A stretch of DNA of 64,000 nt from Smithellaceae bacterium (GCA_963667845.2 CAXXVL010000002.1:2112001-2176000); one strand, 5' to 3'; shown: positions 20,768 to 31,424, numbered from the stretch's first letter. Numbers and translations are program-made. The notes: a model not told the origin generated them from the letters alone.

Positions 20768-21775
20768 CTATTGCCGGCTTTTGCCGGTTCTGCCCGTCTG
20801 GCCGCTCACGCCTTTCTTTGCGGGTAGAACGATGACCTTCCGATACTCGCCTTCACCGCGGCTTTTCGTGATGAGCGCATCATCTTCCTGCAGCGCCAGA
20901 TGAATAATCCGGCGGTCATGAGCGTTCATATGGCTGAGCGACAGGGGCTTCTGCGTTTTTTTGACTTTATCCCGAATCCGCTGGGCCATGCCAAGGAGGG
21001 ATTCTTCTCTTCTTTTGCGGTATTCTTCGGAGTCGACAACGATCATTTTGCGTTCGGTGTCGGTTTTATTGACCGCCTTGTTTAATAGGTATTGCAGCGC
21101 GTCAAGGTTCTGCCCGCGCCGGCCGATCAGGAGTCCGCTGTCATCTCCGGCGATGCTGAGGATAGCGGTATCGCTCGTTTCCATCGCCGTCACCTGACAT
21201 GCAAAAGTCATTCTGCTCAAAATTCCGGCGAGCAGATCTCTGGCCCTGAGAGCGGAAGCGGAGGTCGCGGGCAGCGCTTCTTCAGCAGGCGCAAGGCGGA
21301 TGGGAGATTCCTGCGGGGCTGCGGGAGCTTCAATTCTTACAGACGATTCACGAGCAGGTTGGGCATCAGATGTCCCGGGCGATGCGGGGGCGGGCCTTCC
21401 GCTTCGCTGTTCCGTTTTAGGTCTTGCTTCGGGCCTGGTCTCCCGTCTGCCTTCGGGCTTTCTGTCCCTTTTCGGGTCCTGCCTGGGATAAGCCTTTGCC
21501 TCGGGCCTTGCTTCCGGTTTTATGTCGGATTTTGCCTCCCGCACGCTATCTTTGGGGGCGATCGGAGAAGCGCCGCTTAATGTAAAATCCATATCCAGTG
21601 ACAGCAGGGAGGCACGGATTTTAGCCTTTTTGGACATCAGGCCTAAAAACCCGTTGGAGCCTTCGGAAATAATTTCAATGTTTAACTTTTCTCTGGGTAC
21701 ACCAAAATCGCGACAGGCTTTTTCAATGGCTCCGTCAATGGTTTTTTCTTCTATTTCTATTGCCTTTGAACTCAT
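20768..21775 (-). CDS. jag: RNA-binding protein Jag/EloR (KH + R3H) with a long charged/Pro-rich linker
   Basis: Jag_N domain, GLLIGRRGQNLDALQYL, DRRIIH. Confidence 0.93.
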   Translation of the reverse strand: MSSKAIEIEEKTIDGAIEKACRDFGVPREKLNIEIISEGSNGFLGLMSKKAKIRASLLSLDMDFTLSGASPIAPKDSVREAKSDIKPEARPEAKAYPRQDPKRDRKPEGRRETRPEARPKTEQRSGRPAPASPGTSDAQPARESSVRIEAPAAPQESPIRLAPAEEALPATSASALRARDLLAGILSRMTFACQVTAMETSDTAILSIAGDDSGLLIGRRGQNLDALQYLLNKAVNKTDTERKMIVVDSEEYRKRREESLLGMAQRIRDKVKKTQKPLSLSHMNAHDRRIIHLALQEDDALITKSRGEGEYRKVIVLPAKKGVSGQTGRTGKSRQ

Positions 21776-21798
21776 GTTGAACTCCGCGTACAGGTTGC

Positions 21799-23487
21799 TT
21801 ATGCCAGCTTTCTGTTGATGTAGTATTGCTGGCCGATTTGTAAAATATTATTGAATAGCCAGTAGATGACCAGACCCGCCGGGAAATTCAAAAAGAAAAA
21901 GGTAAAGATGATCGGCATGAACAGCATGATCTTCTGCTGCATGGGATCGCCCATGGCGGGGGTCATTTTCTGCGAGATGAATTGCGTGGCGCCCATAATG
22001 ATCGGCGTGATGTAATAGGGATCCTTGGCCGACAGATCCTGAATCCAGAAGAAAAAGGGCGACTGGCGCAATTCGATGGAATACATCAGCGCCTTGTATA
22101 AGCCGAAAAACACGGGAATCTGGATGAGCATCGGCAGGCATCCGGAAAAGGGATTGACCTTATGTTCGCGGTAGAGCGCCATCGTCTCCTGGCCGATCTT
22201 GGACTGATCATTTTTATATTTTTCCTTCAAGGCGTCTATTTTCGGCTGCAGCTTCTTCATCTCGTTCATGGATTTATAGCTCAGGTTGCCGAGCGGCCAG
22301 AAGATGATTTTAATAATCGTTGTCAAGATGATGATCGCAATACCGTAGTTCAGCACGAATCCGTACAGGAAGTTGAGGATGTACAAGGAGGGAATGGCCA
22401 GCCATTTGAACCAACCGAAATCGATGGCGTTCTCCAGGCCGACACCCAGAGTCTTCAAAATATCATACTGCTTGGGTCCGAGATAAAGCTGATAGGTGAA
22501 AGCGCTGTTTTGTCCGCCGGGAATGACTTCCTTGCGGCCCTTCATACCAACGGTGACCATGTCTGCGGCGTCTCGCGACATCACGACATTGGTCAGCGAC
22601 GGATTTTCCGGAATGAAGGATGCGATAAAATATTTGCTCTCAAATGACCCCCACGGTATGTTGGGACCCAGGACGCTTTCGCCGGTCATCTTTTTGACTT
22701 CCGGCCGTTCAATGCTGCCTCCGACTGAGACGGCGGGGCCATCGTGCCCGTAACTGTCGTCTATTTTTTGAGGATCAACGTATTGATACCAGTTGATTCT
22801 GGGGATCTGTGTGATAGGTGAAGCGCCCAAATTGTAGACTTTGACTTCCAGACCGACAGTGTAACCGGCCGGATCAATCGTAAAAATCTTTTCGATTTTG
22901 ATGTCCCGATACGATTTCGAAAAAACAAGCTGCTTCTTTTCTTTACCGCCCACCAAGTCCAGCTTACTTGCTGTTGTGTCAAAAACCGCATCCGGAGCGA
23001 TGTCCGCGCTGGAGTCGGGAAACGTAACAGCCAGGGGATAAGGCATACCCTCACGCACATCGACCAGTTCAACAAAGTCTTTCGTTTTGGGGTTGGTAAC
23101 TACCGGGGCGCCGGTAAAAAATCCTTTTACCTTCGGCCAGATATCGTCCGTACAGGCGTAGCAGTCCTGATAATAATCTTTGAGCTTCAAAGATTTCAAT
23201 GCAGCGCCGCGCGTAGAGAAGACAGCTGTATAGCGGGGTGTTTCCACTTTTATATCGCGGGGCGGTGCTTCCGGTTTTACCGCCGCTGCTTTGGGTGCAG
23301 TTTTGGCAATGCCCGCTGACGTGACCGGCGCTCCTGCCGGAGCAGCAGCCTTGTCTTTTTTAACCTGATCAGCCGATTGCTGTGGCGTTGCGGCTTTTTG
23401 CGGCACGGTCGGTTTGACAAAAAAGATTTGGTAAACCAGGAGAACGGCCAATGCCAGGACGATCGCTAAAATGGTCCTTTTATCCAT
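21799..23487 (-). CDS. yidC: Membrane protein insertase YidC
   Basis: IDFGWF, NYGIAIIILT, GCLPMLIQIPVF, WIQDLSAKDPYYI. Confidence 0.97.
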   Translation of the reverse strand: MDKRTILAIVLALAVLLVYQIFFVKPTVPQKAATPQQSADQVKKDKAAAPAGAPVTSAGIAKTAPKAAAVKPEAPPRDIKVETPRYTAVFSTRGAALKSLKLKDYYQDCYACTDDIWPKVKGFFTGAPVVTNPKTKDFVELVDVREGMPYPLAVTFPDSSADIAPDAVFDTTASKLDLVGGKEKKQLVFSKSYRDIKIEKIFTIDPAGYTVGLEVKVYNLGASPITQIPRINWYQYVDPQKIDDSYGHDGPAVSVGGSIERPEVKKMTGESVLGPNIPWGSFESKYFIASFIPENPSLTNVVMSRDAADMVTVGMKGRKEVIPGGQNSAFTYQLYLGPKQYDILKTLGVGLENAIDFGWFKWLAIPSLYILNFLYGFVLNYGIAIIILTTIIKIIFWPLGNLSYKSMNEMKKLQPKIDALKEKYKNDQSKIGQETMALYREHKVNPFSGCLPMLIQIPVFFGLYKALMYSIELRQSPFFFWIQDLSAKDPYYITPIIMGATQFISQKMTPAMGDPMQQKIMLFMPIIFTFFFLNFPAGLVIYWLFNNILQIGQQYYINRKLA

Positions 23488-23509
23488 GTGGAACCTCCAA
23501 TTTCATTGT

Positions 23510-23737
23510 TTACTTGACGGGATCGTAACCGCCGGGATGCAGGGGATTGCAGCGCAGAATTCTTTTTGCCCCCAGATAGGTCCCTTTCGCCGGTCCATAC
23601 AATTTAATCGCGTCAATGGTGTATTGCGAACAGGACGGGTGAAAACGGCAAGATGAAGCAAAAAAGAATGGTGAAATACAGGCTTGGTATATACGAACCA
23701 TGAAAACAAAGACATTTACCAAAGCTTTTTTGAACAT
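23510..23737 (-). CDS. yidD: Membrane protein insertion efficiency factor YidD
   Basis: CRFHPSCSQY, RILRCNPLHPGGYDPV. Confidence 0.95.
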   Translation of the reverse strand: MFKKALVNVFVFMVRIYQACISPFFFASSCRFHPSCSQYTIDAIKLYGPAKGTYLGAKRILRCNPLHPGGYDPVK

Positions 23738-23740
23738 AGT

Positions 23741-24088
23741 TTATCTGCCGGTCTTGCGGTGGAAGAGTTCAGTCAATTCTTGTTCTGTTTCCTGATAAGT
23801 GAGAGGCGGTAGATTTCTTTTTGCCATGACGACAACGTCATTTCCCGCGGGAAACAAGTCTTTATTGCGGCGGAAGAATTCCCGAATCAGTCGTTTTGTG
23901 CGATTGCGGAAGACGGCATTTCCCGTCTTTTTCGTCACAGTGATTCCCAGGCGTTTGACCCCATTCGGATTGCCGCATGCTATGATCGTAAAGAACCGAG
24001 AACTTCTTCTGACCCCCTGTTCATAAATAATCCGATAGTTGCTTTTGCTGGTGACCTTTTCCGCTCTCCGGTAAGAGTGTGCTTTCAT
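23741..24088 (-). CDS. rnpA: Ribonuclease P protein component
   Basis: [28 protein letters not shown]; synteny. Confidence 0.95.
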   Translation of the reverse strand: MKAHSYRRAEKVTSKSNYRIIYEQGVRRSSRFFTIIACGNPNGVKRLGITVTKKTGNAVFRNRTKRLIREFFRRNKDLFPAGNDVVVMAKRNLPPLTYQETEQELTELFHRKTGR

Positions 24089-24131
24089 GGATGAAAACCC
24101 GATGCCCAGCAAGTCGCTAAGATCACGATAT

Positions 24132-24269
24132 TTATACGGTTAAACTTTTTCTGCCCTTGGCTCTGCGGCGGTTTAAAACCTGCCTGCCGGTTTTCGATGC
24201 CATGCGGACGAGAAAGCCATGGGATCTCTTTCTCTTGGTATTAGATTTATTGGTCAAAGTCTTTTTCAT
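24132..24269 (-). CDS. rpmH: 50S ribosomal protein L34 (45 aa; below the ORF-track length cutoff)
   Basis: Manual translation [45 protein letters not shown]; upstream of rnpA. Confidence 0.95.
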   Translation of the reverse strand: MKKTLTNKSNTKRKRSHGFLVRMASKTGRQVLNRRRAKGRKSLTV

Positions 24270-24423
24270 GTTTAAACCCCTCGAAGTAATAAGGTGATGC
24301 GTAAATCATAGTCGTATTTATTTGTCAAGATTAAAGTGGTTTGCCATAGATAACGGGAAAGTAGATATTTCGTTCGCAAAATGGTATTAACCCCCATCTC
24401 CGGGAACCGAAAAGGATGTCAGC

Positions 24424-25317
24424 ATGAAGAGAACAGTTTTCTGGGTAAATGTTATCCTCCTGTGCTTTTGTTTATCTCTATGCGCATCTGAGGGCGTTTC
24501 AGCAGCAACAATCGATGTGCTGATCAAGGGGATGGATGACGGCAAAAAAACCAGTCGTGACCGGGATTATGCAGAAGCCATAATGAATGCCAAGCTTCAA
24601 GCCATCGAAAGAGCCGGCGTCTCGATCAAATCCATGACCACGGTGGAAAACTTTCAGCTGAAATATGACATGATCGAATCAAAGGCCGCCGCCGTCCTGC
24701 TGCCGGGATTTCAAATCATAGATATGGGATATCAAAAGGACGGCACCTATCAGGTGGTTCTGGCCGGCAAGGTTCAGACGATGGAATCTTTACCGGAAGA
24801 AGGCAGCCTGTGGGGCAAGCTCCGCTCCACACCTCGAACCTTTGAAAAATTCAAGCAGGCACGCGATGTCTGGTCTCAGGCGTCGCTCGATGACATCGCA
24901 AACAACTATGTCAATAATGAGGATGGGACGGTGTCCGACCGCAAAACCGGTTTAATGTGGCATAAATCCTACGAGATCAAAGAAAATATTCGCGAAGTGC
25001 GCAATCACGTCGAATTGCTGAACAAGAATAAATTTGCCGGATATAGCGACTGGCGAATTCCCACGCTTGCCGAAATCGGGTCTCTTGTTGAAAGAAAGCC
25101 CGGAGGCAAACTGAATTCCGGCCGCCACAGCTACCTGGATGCGGTCTTTGATGTGCGTCCGTACTGCTGGTATCTATGGAGCGCCGACCGGCTGCCGGAA
25201 GGTTACATCCTGACGAACATCGGTGAAGCCGGAGGCGGCATTGCTCCGGCCGGCGACCATTACCAGGCGGACGGCGTTTGCGTCGCCTGCTTCAAGGCTG
25301 TCAGGTCATTAAAATGA
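24424..25317 (+). CDS. Exported protein: FlgT_N/LPP20-like domain + DUF1566 (Lcl C-terminal) domain
   Basis: Signal peptide; AKLQAIERAGVSIKS; DGTVSDRKTGLMW, FAGYSDWRIPTLAEI, AVRS. Confidence 0.8.
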   Translation: MKRTVFWVNVILLCFCLSLCASEGVSAATIDVLIKGMDDGKKTSRDRDYAEAIMNAKLQAIERAGVSIKSMTTVENFQLKYDMIESKAAAVLLPGFQIIDMGYQKDGTYQVVLAGKVQTMESLPEEGSLWGKLRSTPRTFEKFKQARDVWSQASLDDIANNYVNNEDGTVSDRKTGLMWHKSYEIKENIREVRNHVELLNKNKFAGYSDWRIPTLAEIGSLVERKPGGKLNSGRHSYLDAVFDVRPYCWYLWSADRLPEGYILTNIGEAGGGIAPAGDHYQADGVCVACFKAVRSLK

Positions 25318-25506
25318 TCACGATGTTTGCGGGAAACGAGACGGGTAAGCTAATTTAATGTGTTTCAGACTGAAGTTAAATATTGCCGGTATTTCATGGA
25401 GGCGATGAAAACGGTGAATTTTCCTTTGACAAATTAATGCAATAATTGTTGCAATTATTATATTGCAATATTGCAGTTTTTTATTTGAATCACCGAAGAA
25501 TGCGCA

Positions 25507-26727
25507 ATGAAGAAAAAATCGACATCTATAATTTTGATCATTTTAATATTAATCTTCATTATAGGATGCGGCGGAAGAACAAAATGGGTCGTGACCGTCA
25601 AAACACATCCCGCTGATGCCAGTGTTTACGGAGATGATAAATTTATATGTAAAACGCCTTGTGATGTCCTGTTTGACAGGGATCCTATTCTGAGTGCTTC
25701 AAAGAATATTTATTCTCCAAACAAAATCACGATAAGAAAAGACGGCTATAAGGAAATTAACAGAAATTACACCACAGCATGGGATGTAGGAAGTGAAATA
25801 GGACCGGTCAGGGCAAACGTATCGCAAATATTGTCATTTAATTTAGAGCCGATAACATCTGGTATAGCAGAAAGTTCTTCACTGGCCAAAGAAGCTCCAG
25901 TCTCCCCGGTCCAGATCCCCGCAGCAGAACCATTGCTGAGGATCCAGGGCCAAAGATGGGCTGTTGTTATTGGAATTTCTAATTATAAAGACAGCCGGAT
26001 TGCTCCATTGCGCTATGCTTCAAAGGATGCAAGAAGTTTTTATGACTGGATCATATCAGGATCCGGAGGCAAGTATCCCCCTTCAAACGTAAGACTCATC
26101 GTTAACGAAGAAGCAACAGGACAAAACATGAGGGATGCTCTATATAATTGGCTTGCTAAAGCTTTAGCAGAAGATTTGGTCATTATCTACTTTGCCGGTC
26201 ATGGCAGCCCTCAATCGCCGGATCAGCCGAATAATCTATTCCTCCTTCCCTATGACACGCAATACGATAATATTGCCGCGAGCGGGTTTCCCATGTGGGA
26301 TATAGAAACCGCGCTCAAAAGGTTTATCAAAGCGAAGAAGGTTGTTGTCATTGCGGACGCGTGTCATTCCGGCGGCGTAGGACAATCTTTCGACATTGCC
26401 AGAAGAGCTGACAGGAGTATTGAAATCAATCCTATAAGCGTCGGTTTTCAGAACTTATCGCAGATAGGAGACGGCATCGCTGTGATCAGTGCCTCTGATG
26501 AAAAACAGTTTTCTCAGGAAAGCCAATCCTGGGGTGGTGGACACGGTGTATTTACCTATTTTCTCTTGAAGGGTCTCAATGGAGATGCCGACTACAGCAA
26601 GGACGGCAGAGTGACTCTCGGTGAGCTTATTCCCTATTTATCGGAGCAGGTAAGAAGAGAAACCAAAAACGCGCAGAGTCCAACCGTGGCAGGCAAATTC
26701 GACCCGGCATTGAGCATGGGTAGATAA
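25507..26727 (+). CDS. Lipoprotein with PEGA-like domain and caspase-like (peptidase C14) domain
   Basis: Lipobox FIIGC; VKTHPADASVY...KTP...IRKDGY; RWAVVIGISNY, YFAGHG (His), IADACHSG (Cys), HGVFTYFLLKGL. Confidence 0.88.
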   Translation: MKKKSTSIILIILILIFIIGCGGRTKWVVTVKTHPADASVYGDDKFICKTPCDVLFDRDPILSASKNIYSPNKITIRKDGYKEINRNYTTAWDVGSEIGPVRANVSQILSFNLEPITSGIAESSSLAKEAPVSPVQIPAAEPLLRIQGQRWAVVIGISNYKDSRIAPLRYASKDARSFYDWIISGSGGKYPPSNVRLIVNEEATGQNMRDALYNWLAKALAEDLVIIYFAGHGSPQSPDQPNNLFLLPYDTQYDNIAASGFPMWDIETALKRFIKAKKVVVIADACHSGGVGQSFDIARRADRSIEINPISVGFQNLSQIGDGIAVISASDEKQFSQESQSWGGGHGVFTYFLLKGLNGDADYSKDGRVTLGELIPYLSEQVRRETKNAQSPTVAGKFDPALSMGR

Positions 26728-26814
26728 GTTTACCTGTTTTCAAGCGGCAATCCCTGTCCGGCCTAATCGTTTTGACTTGACCGAACAGGGTATAAGCAAC
26801 TTCAGACATTCCTT

Positions 26815-27612
26815 TTAATCAATCTTCATCTTATTGCGCACGGAGCTCATCTTCTCATCGACGATGCTTTCATACTCGCCGGCGATCCATCTTTTTTCAA
26901 TATCCCAGTACTCGGGGCTTTTCTTTTCATTGATGACCGAATTCGCCGCCATGGTCAGCATCAGCGCCTGGCCTTTCTGCGTGGTGATGTATTCACGCGG
27001 CAGCCCTGCCCAGTCGATAATAGTGTCCAGTTTTTTGCCGTTCAAATCTCTTTCGAAGGGTTCATAGTACAGACGGTCTTCGCGCGTATAGGTGCGCGGC
27101 GTGCTGCCCTCTGCCTTGTCCGGAACGCGGACCGTTGTGTGAGGACGGTATACAACGGCAAACAGGGTATAGCCTTTGCCGGTCGCCGTGTCGATGCTGG
27201 TTAAAATATAGTTTTCTGCGTCGTGGACTCCATAGCGGCGCAGAACTTTTTGAAAATATTCGGTGGCGTGTTTCATCCGCCGGAAGACTTCGCCCGTGTC
27301 GCCGCTTTTGTCCACCGCGCTGATTCTTTTCCCGTAGGCCGCTTCGTACGTGTCGTCAATGGTGATTTTGGCGTTGGCGGCAATCATTCCCTTATTGATG
27401 TCTTCCAGGCTGGTGGACATATAATAAGGTATGGCGGCAATGCCTTCCAGAAGACCTGCCGCAATCTGCAAGGGGGATAAAACGAATTGTGCAACCCCCA
27501 CAGCGGCCTTGCCGAATCCCCTCCCGACTTTCTTCGCACCTTCATTGTCGGTTGCGCAGGAAAAAACTGTAAGCAGGATGCATAAACCAAGAACGGGTAA
27601 TAATCTTTTCAT
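26815..27612 (-). CDS. Hypothetical lipoprotein
   Basis: 265-aa ORF, RBS AAGGAG, lipobox VFSC. Confidence 0.7.
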   Translation of the reverse strand: MKRLLPVLGLCILLTVFSCATDNEGAKKVGRGFGKAAVGVAQFVLSPLQIAAGLLEGIAAIPYYMSTSLEDINKGMIAANAKITIDDTYEAAYGKRISAVDKSGDTGEVFRRMKHATEYFQKVLRRYGVHDAENYILTSIDTATGKGYTLFAVVYRPHTTVRVPDKAEGSTPRTYTREDRLYYEPFERDLNGKKLDTIIDWAGLPREYITTQKGQALMLTMAANSVINEKKSPEYWDIEKRWIAGEYESIVDEKMSSVRNKMKID

Positions 27613-27639
27613 GACGGCGTCTCCTTAAAGGAAATGAAA

Positions 27640-28641
27640 TCACTTTTTGGTTTTCATTTGCAGGTATTGATTCATCTGAAGCGGATCGAGTTCGAGCCAA
27701 TCCACTTTTTTCAATAACGTCCATTCCGCATCCGTATAGGGGCGTTCCTTATTGTAAACAAAGACACCGACAAATTTCACTTTGCGGACATTCCTCCAGT
27801 AGTCGACAAGTTCCGGGTTTTTAAAGAAGATGTCATCCTGAATTAAAATGAAGTCCAGTGGATATTCCTTCTTGCCCAGGAAGCCGAGAAAGAATGTGAC
27901 TTTACTGATGGGGGTGATGTCGACGGAAGAATATTTGTAACTAAGGAACTGGAGCCCCCAATGATCGTTGAAAACCAATCCTCCGACCAGACATTCCGGA
28001 CAGGCGGTTTTGAGCGGGGCGATGTTGTCTGCAAAGAACGAAGAGGCGAGGACATGATCCTGGAAGCCGTAGGCCTTGATCATTTCGCCCACCCACCTGG
28101 CGAACGACTCGACGTTTTGGCCTTCTTCTTTCATATCCAGAGAAACGGTCGGTGTGATCCCTGCGGCTTTTTTCGCCTTGATCAGTTCGAATAAGTCCAC
28201 GACAGTCATGAAAGGTTGCGGGGGCAGGGCGGGATTGGCCGCATTTTGCGGTAATCGGGACAGATCATTGTATTTGTCGGAAAACGTGCCGGGAAGTCCC
28301 GTAGCGCGTTTCATCAAATAATCGTGGGAGACCAGACCGACCCGGTTTCCTTTGGCATCGACAAAGTCAATGATGTCCAGTTCAATATTCGGGTTGGCGG
28401 AATTAAGTGCTTTGGAGAGTGCGGCGCGGGAGTTTTCTTGAGCGAATGAGGGATCTCCCCGGTGCCAGGCGGCGCCCGGGAAGTTGAAAGCGGTGCTCTC
28501 CCGGCTCAGCAGGAGGACAAGAACGGATGCCAACACAAAAAGGACACCTGATTTGTTAACCGGATATTTGATGAATTTCATTGATTTCTCCATTTCTGTT
28601 AAGATTGAAATAAACGATCCGGGATTTATTTTGCCGGGCAT
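27640..28641 (-). CDS. Exported glycerophosphodiester phosphodiesterase-like protein (start probably about 28581-28593)
   Basis: WHRG...ENS...NIELDI, VSHD, LDMKE, ASSF GDPD motifs. Confidence 0.7.
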   Translation of the reverse strand: MPGKINPGSFISILTEMEKSMKFIKYPVNKSGVLFVLASVLVLLLSRESTAFNFPGAAWHRGDPSFAQENSRAALSKALNSANPNIELDIIDFVDAKGNRVGLVSHDYLMKRATGLPGTFSDKYNDLSRLPQNAANPALPPQPFMTVVDLFELIKAKKAAGITPTVSLDMKEEGQNVESFARWVGEMIKAYGFQDHVLASSFFADNIAPLKTACPECLVGGLVFNDHWGLQFLSYKYSSVDITPISKVTFFLGFLGKKEYPLDFILIQDDIFFKNPELVDYWRNVRKVKFVGVFVYNKERPYTDAEWTLLKKVDWLELDPLQMNQYLQMKTKK

Positions 28642-29133
28642 CTTGATTATAGAAGATATTTATTGAGAGAAGTTTTTAAACCAGTATCAGAGAAGAGTCA
28701 ATGAAAATGTCAGCCGCGGCGACGGGTCGCAAATCACTTATGTCCCTGCAAACAAAAGGCTTATTTGCTTGCCGATGACAATGCAGTTGCGGGAAAGGCA
28801 AAGGTGATATCGGCCCAATAAAATAGATGATCGTGTATTGGGAAATTGCCAGCAGGGGCGGCTGGCAGTGTGACGAAATGCCATCGGGCAACAAGCTTTT
28901 GAAACCCTGGCGGGCGATCGAAAGGGGGCATCTTCAATAGACGTATGTATATAATATTATTTATGCTTATAGAAATGACTTTCATGGAACTGTTGGTCAG
29001 AGAAAGTGATGACTTTTCGTTTTAAGTATGCTAAGCAAAAAATCTGTAAGAACTGGGCAAAGTATATAGCTGATATCCGAATCATTAGTCTATGGCATTG
29101 CCTGAAAAAATACTTAACATGAGGAGTAAAATT

Positions 29134-31002
29134 ATGGCATTAAATCCGTTACTTGATTCAAGAGACTTGAGGTTCGTTCTTTTTGAGGCCCTCGATGCGG
29201 ACAAATTCAACCAGTATGAGAAGTTTGCTGATTTTGATCGGGATACTTACGAAGCAACATTGGAACTGGCTGAACAGATTGCCGTTGAGCAGGTCTATCC
29301 GGCCAACGCTGAGGCTGACAAGACAGGAGCCAAGTACGATCCGGCGACGAAAACCGTGAAAGCTCCCGAAGGCTTCCATACAGCCATGAAAAGTTATCGG
29401 GAAGCGGGTTTTTCCGGCCTGAGCAATGGCGCTGAATTCGGCGGCACGGGCATGCCCGAGACGATTTACCGCGCCGTCATGGAATATTTCTGTGCGGCCG
29501 GCGTCGCTTTCAGTTCTTACGACACTCTGAAAGTCGGAGCCTGCAATCTGATCATCAATCACGGTTCCGACGAACTCAAAAAAATCTACGTGGAAAAGAT
29601 GGTTTCCGGGCAGTGGGGCGGTACAATGTGTCTGACGGAACCCTCCGCCGGCTCCGATGTCGGCGCGCTGAAAACCAGAGCCGTCAAACAGGCCGACGGT
29701 ACATACAAGATCACCGGTCAGAAAATTTTTATCACCGCCGGGGACAATGATCTGTATGAAAATATCATCCATCCGGTGCTGGCGAGGATTGATGGCGATC
29801 CTCCCGGAACACCCGGTATCTCCATTTTCGTAGTTCCTAAATTTCATGTCAATCCTGACGGTAGCGTCGGCAAGCCCAATGATATGACGACAACCGGCAT
29901 TGAACACAAAATGGGCATCAAGGGCTCGGCGACATGTTCCCTGTCCTTCGGCGACAATGACCAGTGCATCGGTTGGTTATTGGGGCAGGAACGCCAGGGA
30001 ATGAAGATTATGTTTCAGATGATGAACGAAGCCCGTCTGGATGTCTCTCAACAGGCGTTGGGGACCGCCAGTTCGGCCTATATGCACGCTGTGACCTATG
30101 CGAAAAACAGAATTCAGGGTGCAGATCCTGCCAAAAAAGGCGATTTCTCCTCTGTTCCGATTATCAAACATCCCGATGTCCGCAGGATGCTTCTGTGGAT
30201 GAAATCGCAGGTGGAAGCGATGAGAATGCTGACGTTACTTGCCGCATACTCCGCTGACATGGCGCACGTGAAGAAAGGCGAGGAAGCAAAGGAAGCAGGA
30301 GCGCTTCTTGACTTCCTGATCCCTCTTTGCAAGGCCGGCAATTCCGATCTGGCTTGGCTTGTGACCTCCGAAGCCATGCAGGTTTATGGCGGCTATGGTT
30401 ACTGCTCCGAATATCCTGTTGAACAACTGGCCCGAGACTGCAAGATCCTGGCGATCTACGAGGGTACCAATGGCATTCAGTCGATGGATCTGACGATGAG
30501 AAAACTGCTCATGAATCCTGATATGTTCAATTTCAAGGTTTTCAAAAAAAGAATCGCCGAAGCCTGCGAAAAAGCCAAGGGCATCGTTGATGAAAAGTAC
30601 ATAGCTGCCCTGAAGACGGCTATCGAACAGATGGATGCGACTGTTCAGAAACTCGCCGGACTAAGGGACCAGAAGAAAATTCTGGATATCCTGGCGGTCG
30701 CCCAACCGCTGCAGCAGGCCATGAGAATGGTTGCGCATGCGTGGATGCATCTGTGGTCCATGACGGTTGCCATTCCCAAACTGAAAGCAATTGCAGGCGA
30801 TATCGCGGGAGATAAGGTCGTTGCCACCGTGAAAGACAATGCGGAAGCGGCCTTCTATTATGGTAAAATCCTGTCCGATAAATTCTATCTGGGCACGGAA
30901 TTGAAGCATCTTACCGGCTATCTGGACTATATAACGGCAGGAGAACCCGCCTCAGTCAACGACTGTTTTGAAGAAATATTTACCGGTGCTATGCCTCAAT
31001 AG
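29134..31002 (+). CDS. Acyl-CoA dehydrogenase (long C-terminal type)
   Basis: RBS GAGGAG; GTMCLTEPSAGSDVG, GQKIFIT, EHKMGIKGSAT, QVYGGYGY, IYEGTNGIQ. Confidence 0.95.
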   Translation: MALNPLLDSRDLRFVLFEALDADKFNQYEKFADFDRDTYEATLELAEQIAVEQVYPANAEADKTGAKYDPATKTVKAPEGFHTAMKSYREAGFSGLSNGAEFGGTGMPETIYRAVMEYFCAAGVAFSSYDTLKVGACNLIINHGSDELKKIYVEKMVSGQWGGTMCLTEPSAGSDVGALKTRAVKQADGTYKITGQKIFITAGDNDLYENIIHPVLARIDGDPPGTPGISIFVVPKFHVNPDGSVGKPNDMTTTGIEHKMGIKGSATCSLSFGDNDQCIGWLLGQERQGMKIMFQMMNEARLDVSQQALGTASSAYMHAVTYAKNRIQGADPAKKGDFSSVPIIKHPDVRRMLLWMKSQVEAMRMLTLLAAYSADMAHVKKGEEAKEAGALLDFLIPLCKAGNSDLAWLVTSEAMQVYGGYGYCSEYPVEQLARDCKILAIYEGTNGIQSMDLTMRKLLMNPDMFNFKVFKKRIAEACEKAKGIVDEKYIAALKTAIEQMDATVQKLAGLRDQKKILDILAVAQPLQQAMRMVAHAWMHLWSMTVAIPKLKAIAGDIAGDKVVATVKDNAEAAFYYGKILSDKFYLGTELKHLTGYLDYITAGEPASVNDCFEEIFTGAMPQ

Positions 31003-31038
31003 GCCGCAGGGGTTCTAACCCTCGCTCAATGTGACCGG

Positions 31039-31073
31039 AAAAGCCCCTGAGACGAATACTCAGGGGCTTTTTT
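31039..31073 (+). terminator. Rho-independent terminator
   Basis: AAAAGCCCCTGAG-loop-CTCAGGGGCTTTTT. Confidence 0.85.
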
Positions 31074-31424
31074 ACAAAAGAAGCTTTATGGTGGGTTATG
31101 ATAGAAAATGATCTTGGCGGAGCTTTTATGATGACTTAAGGAATTCATTAATTTTATGCATCAATTCATTAACAATATCGGATTGATCGAGTTGGGTGAC
31201 CTTGGTGCCGTTGCGGTACGGCTGGCTGATAAAAGCATTCTTTATATCAGATAGTTGAATTCATAATGATCGATGCTTTAAATAAGGTTGAAATATCAGT
31301 AAAATGTGCTCTCCATTATTCGAATTTGAAGAGTCTTTCTGTGAGATTCAAATTATGCAAGAGTCTATAATTATAAGACAAATTAAAATAAAGGAAATAT
31401 TTATCAAATAAAGATAATTTTTTC

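Noticed and set aside
24270..24423. oriC upstream of rpmH
   Set aside because: Short spacer, no DnaA-box cluster seen, no dnaA
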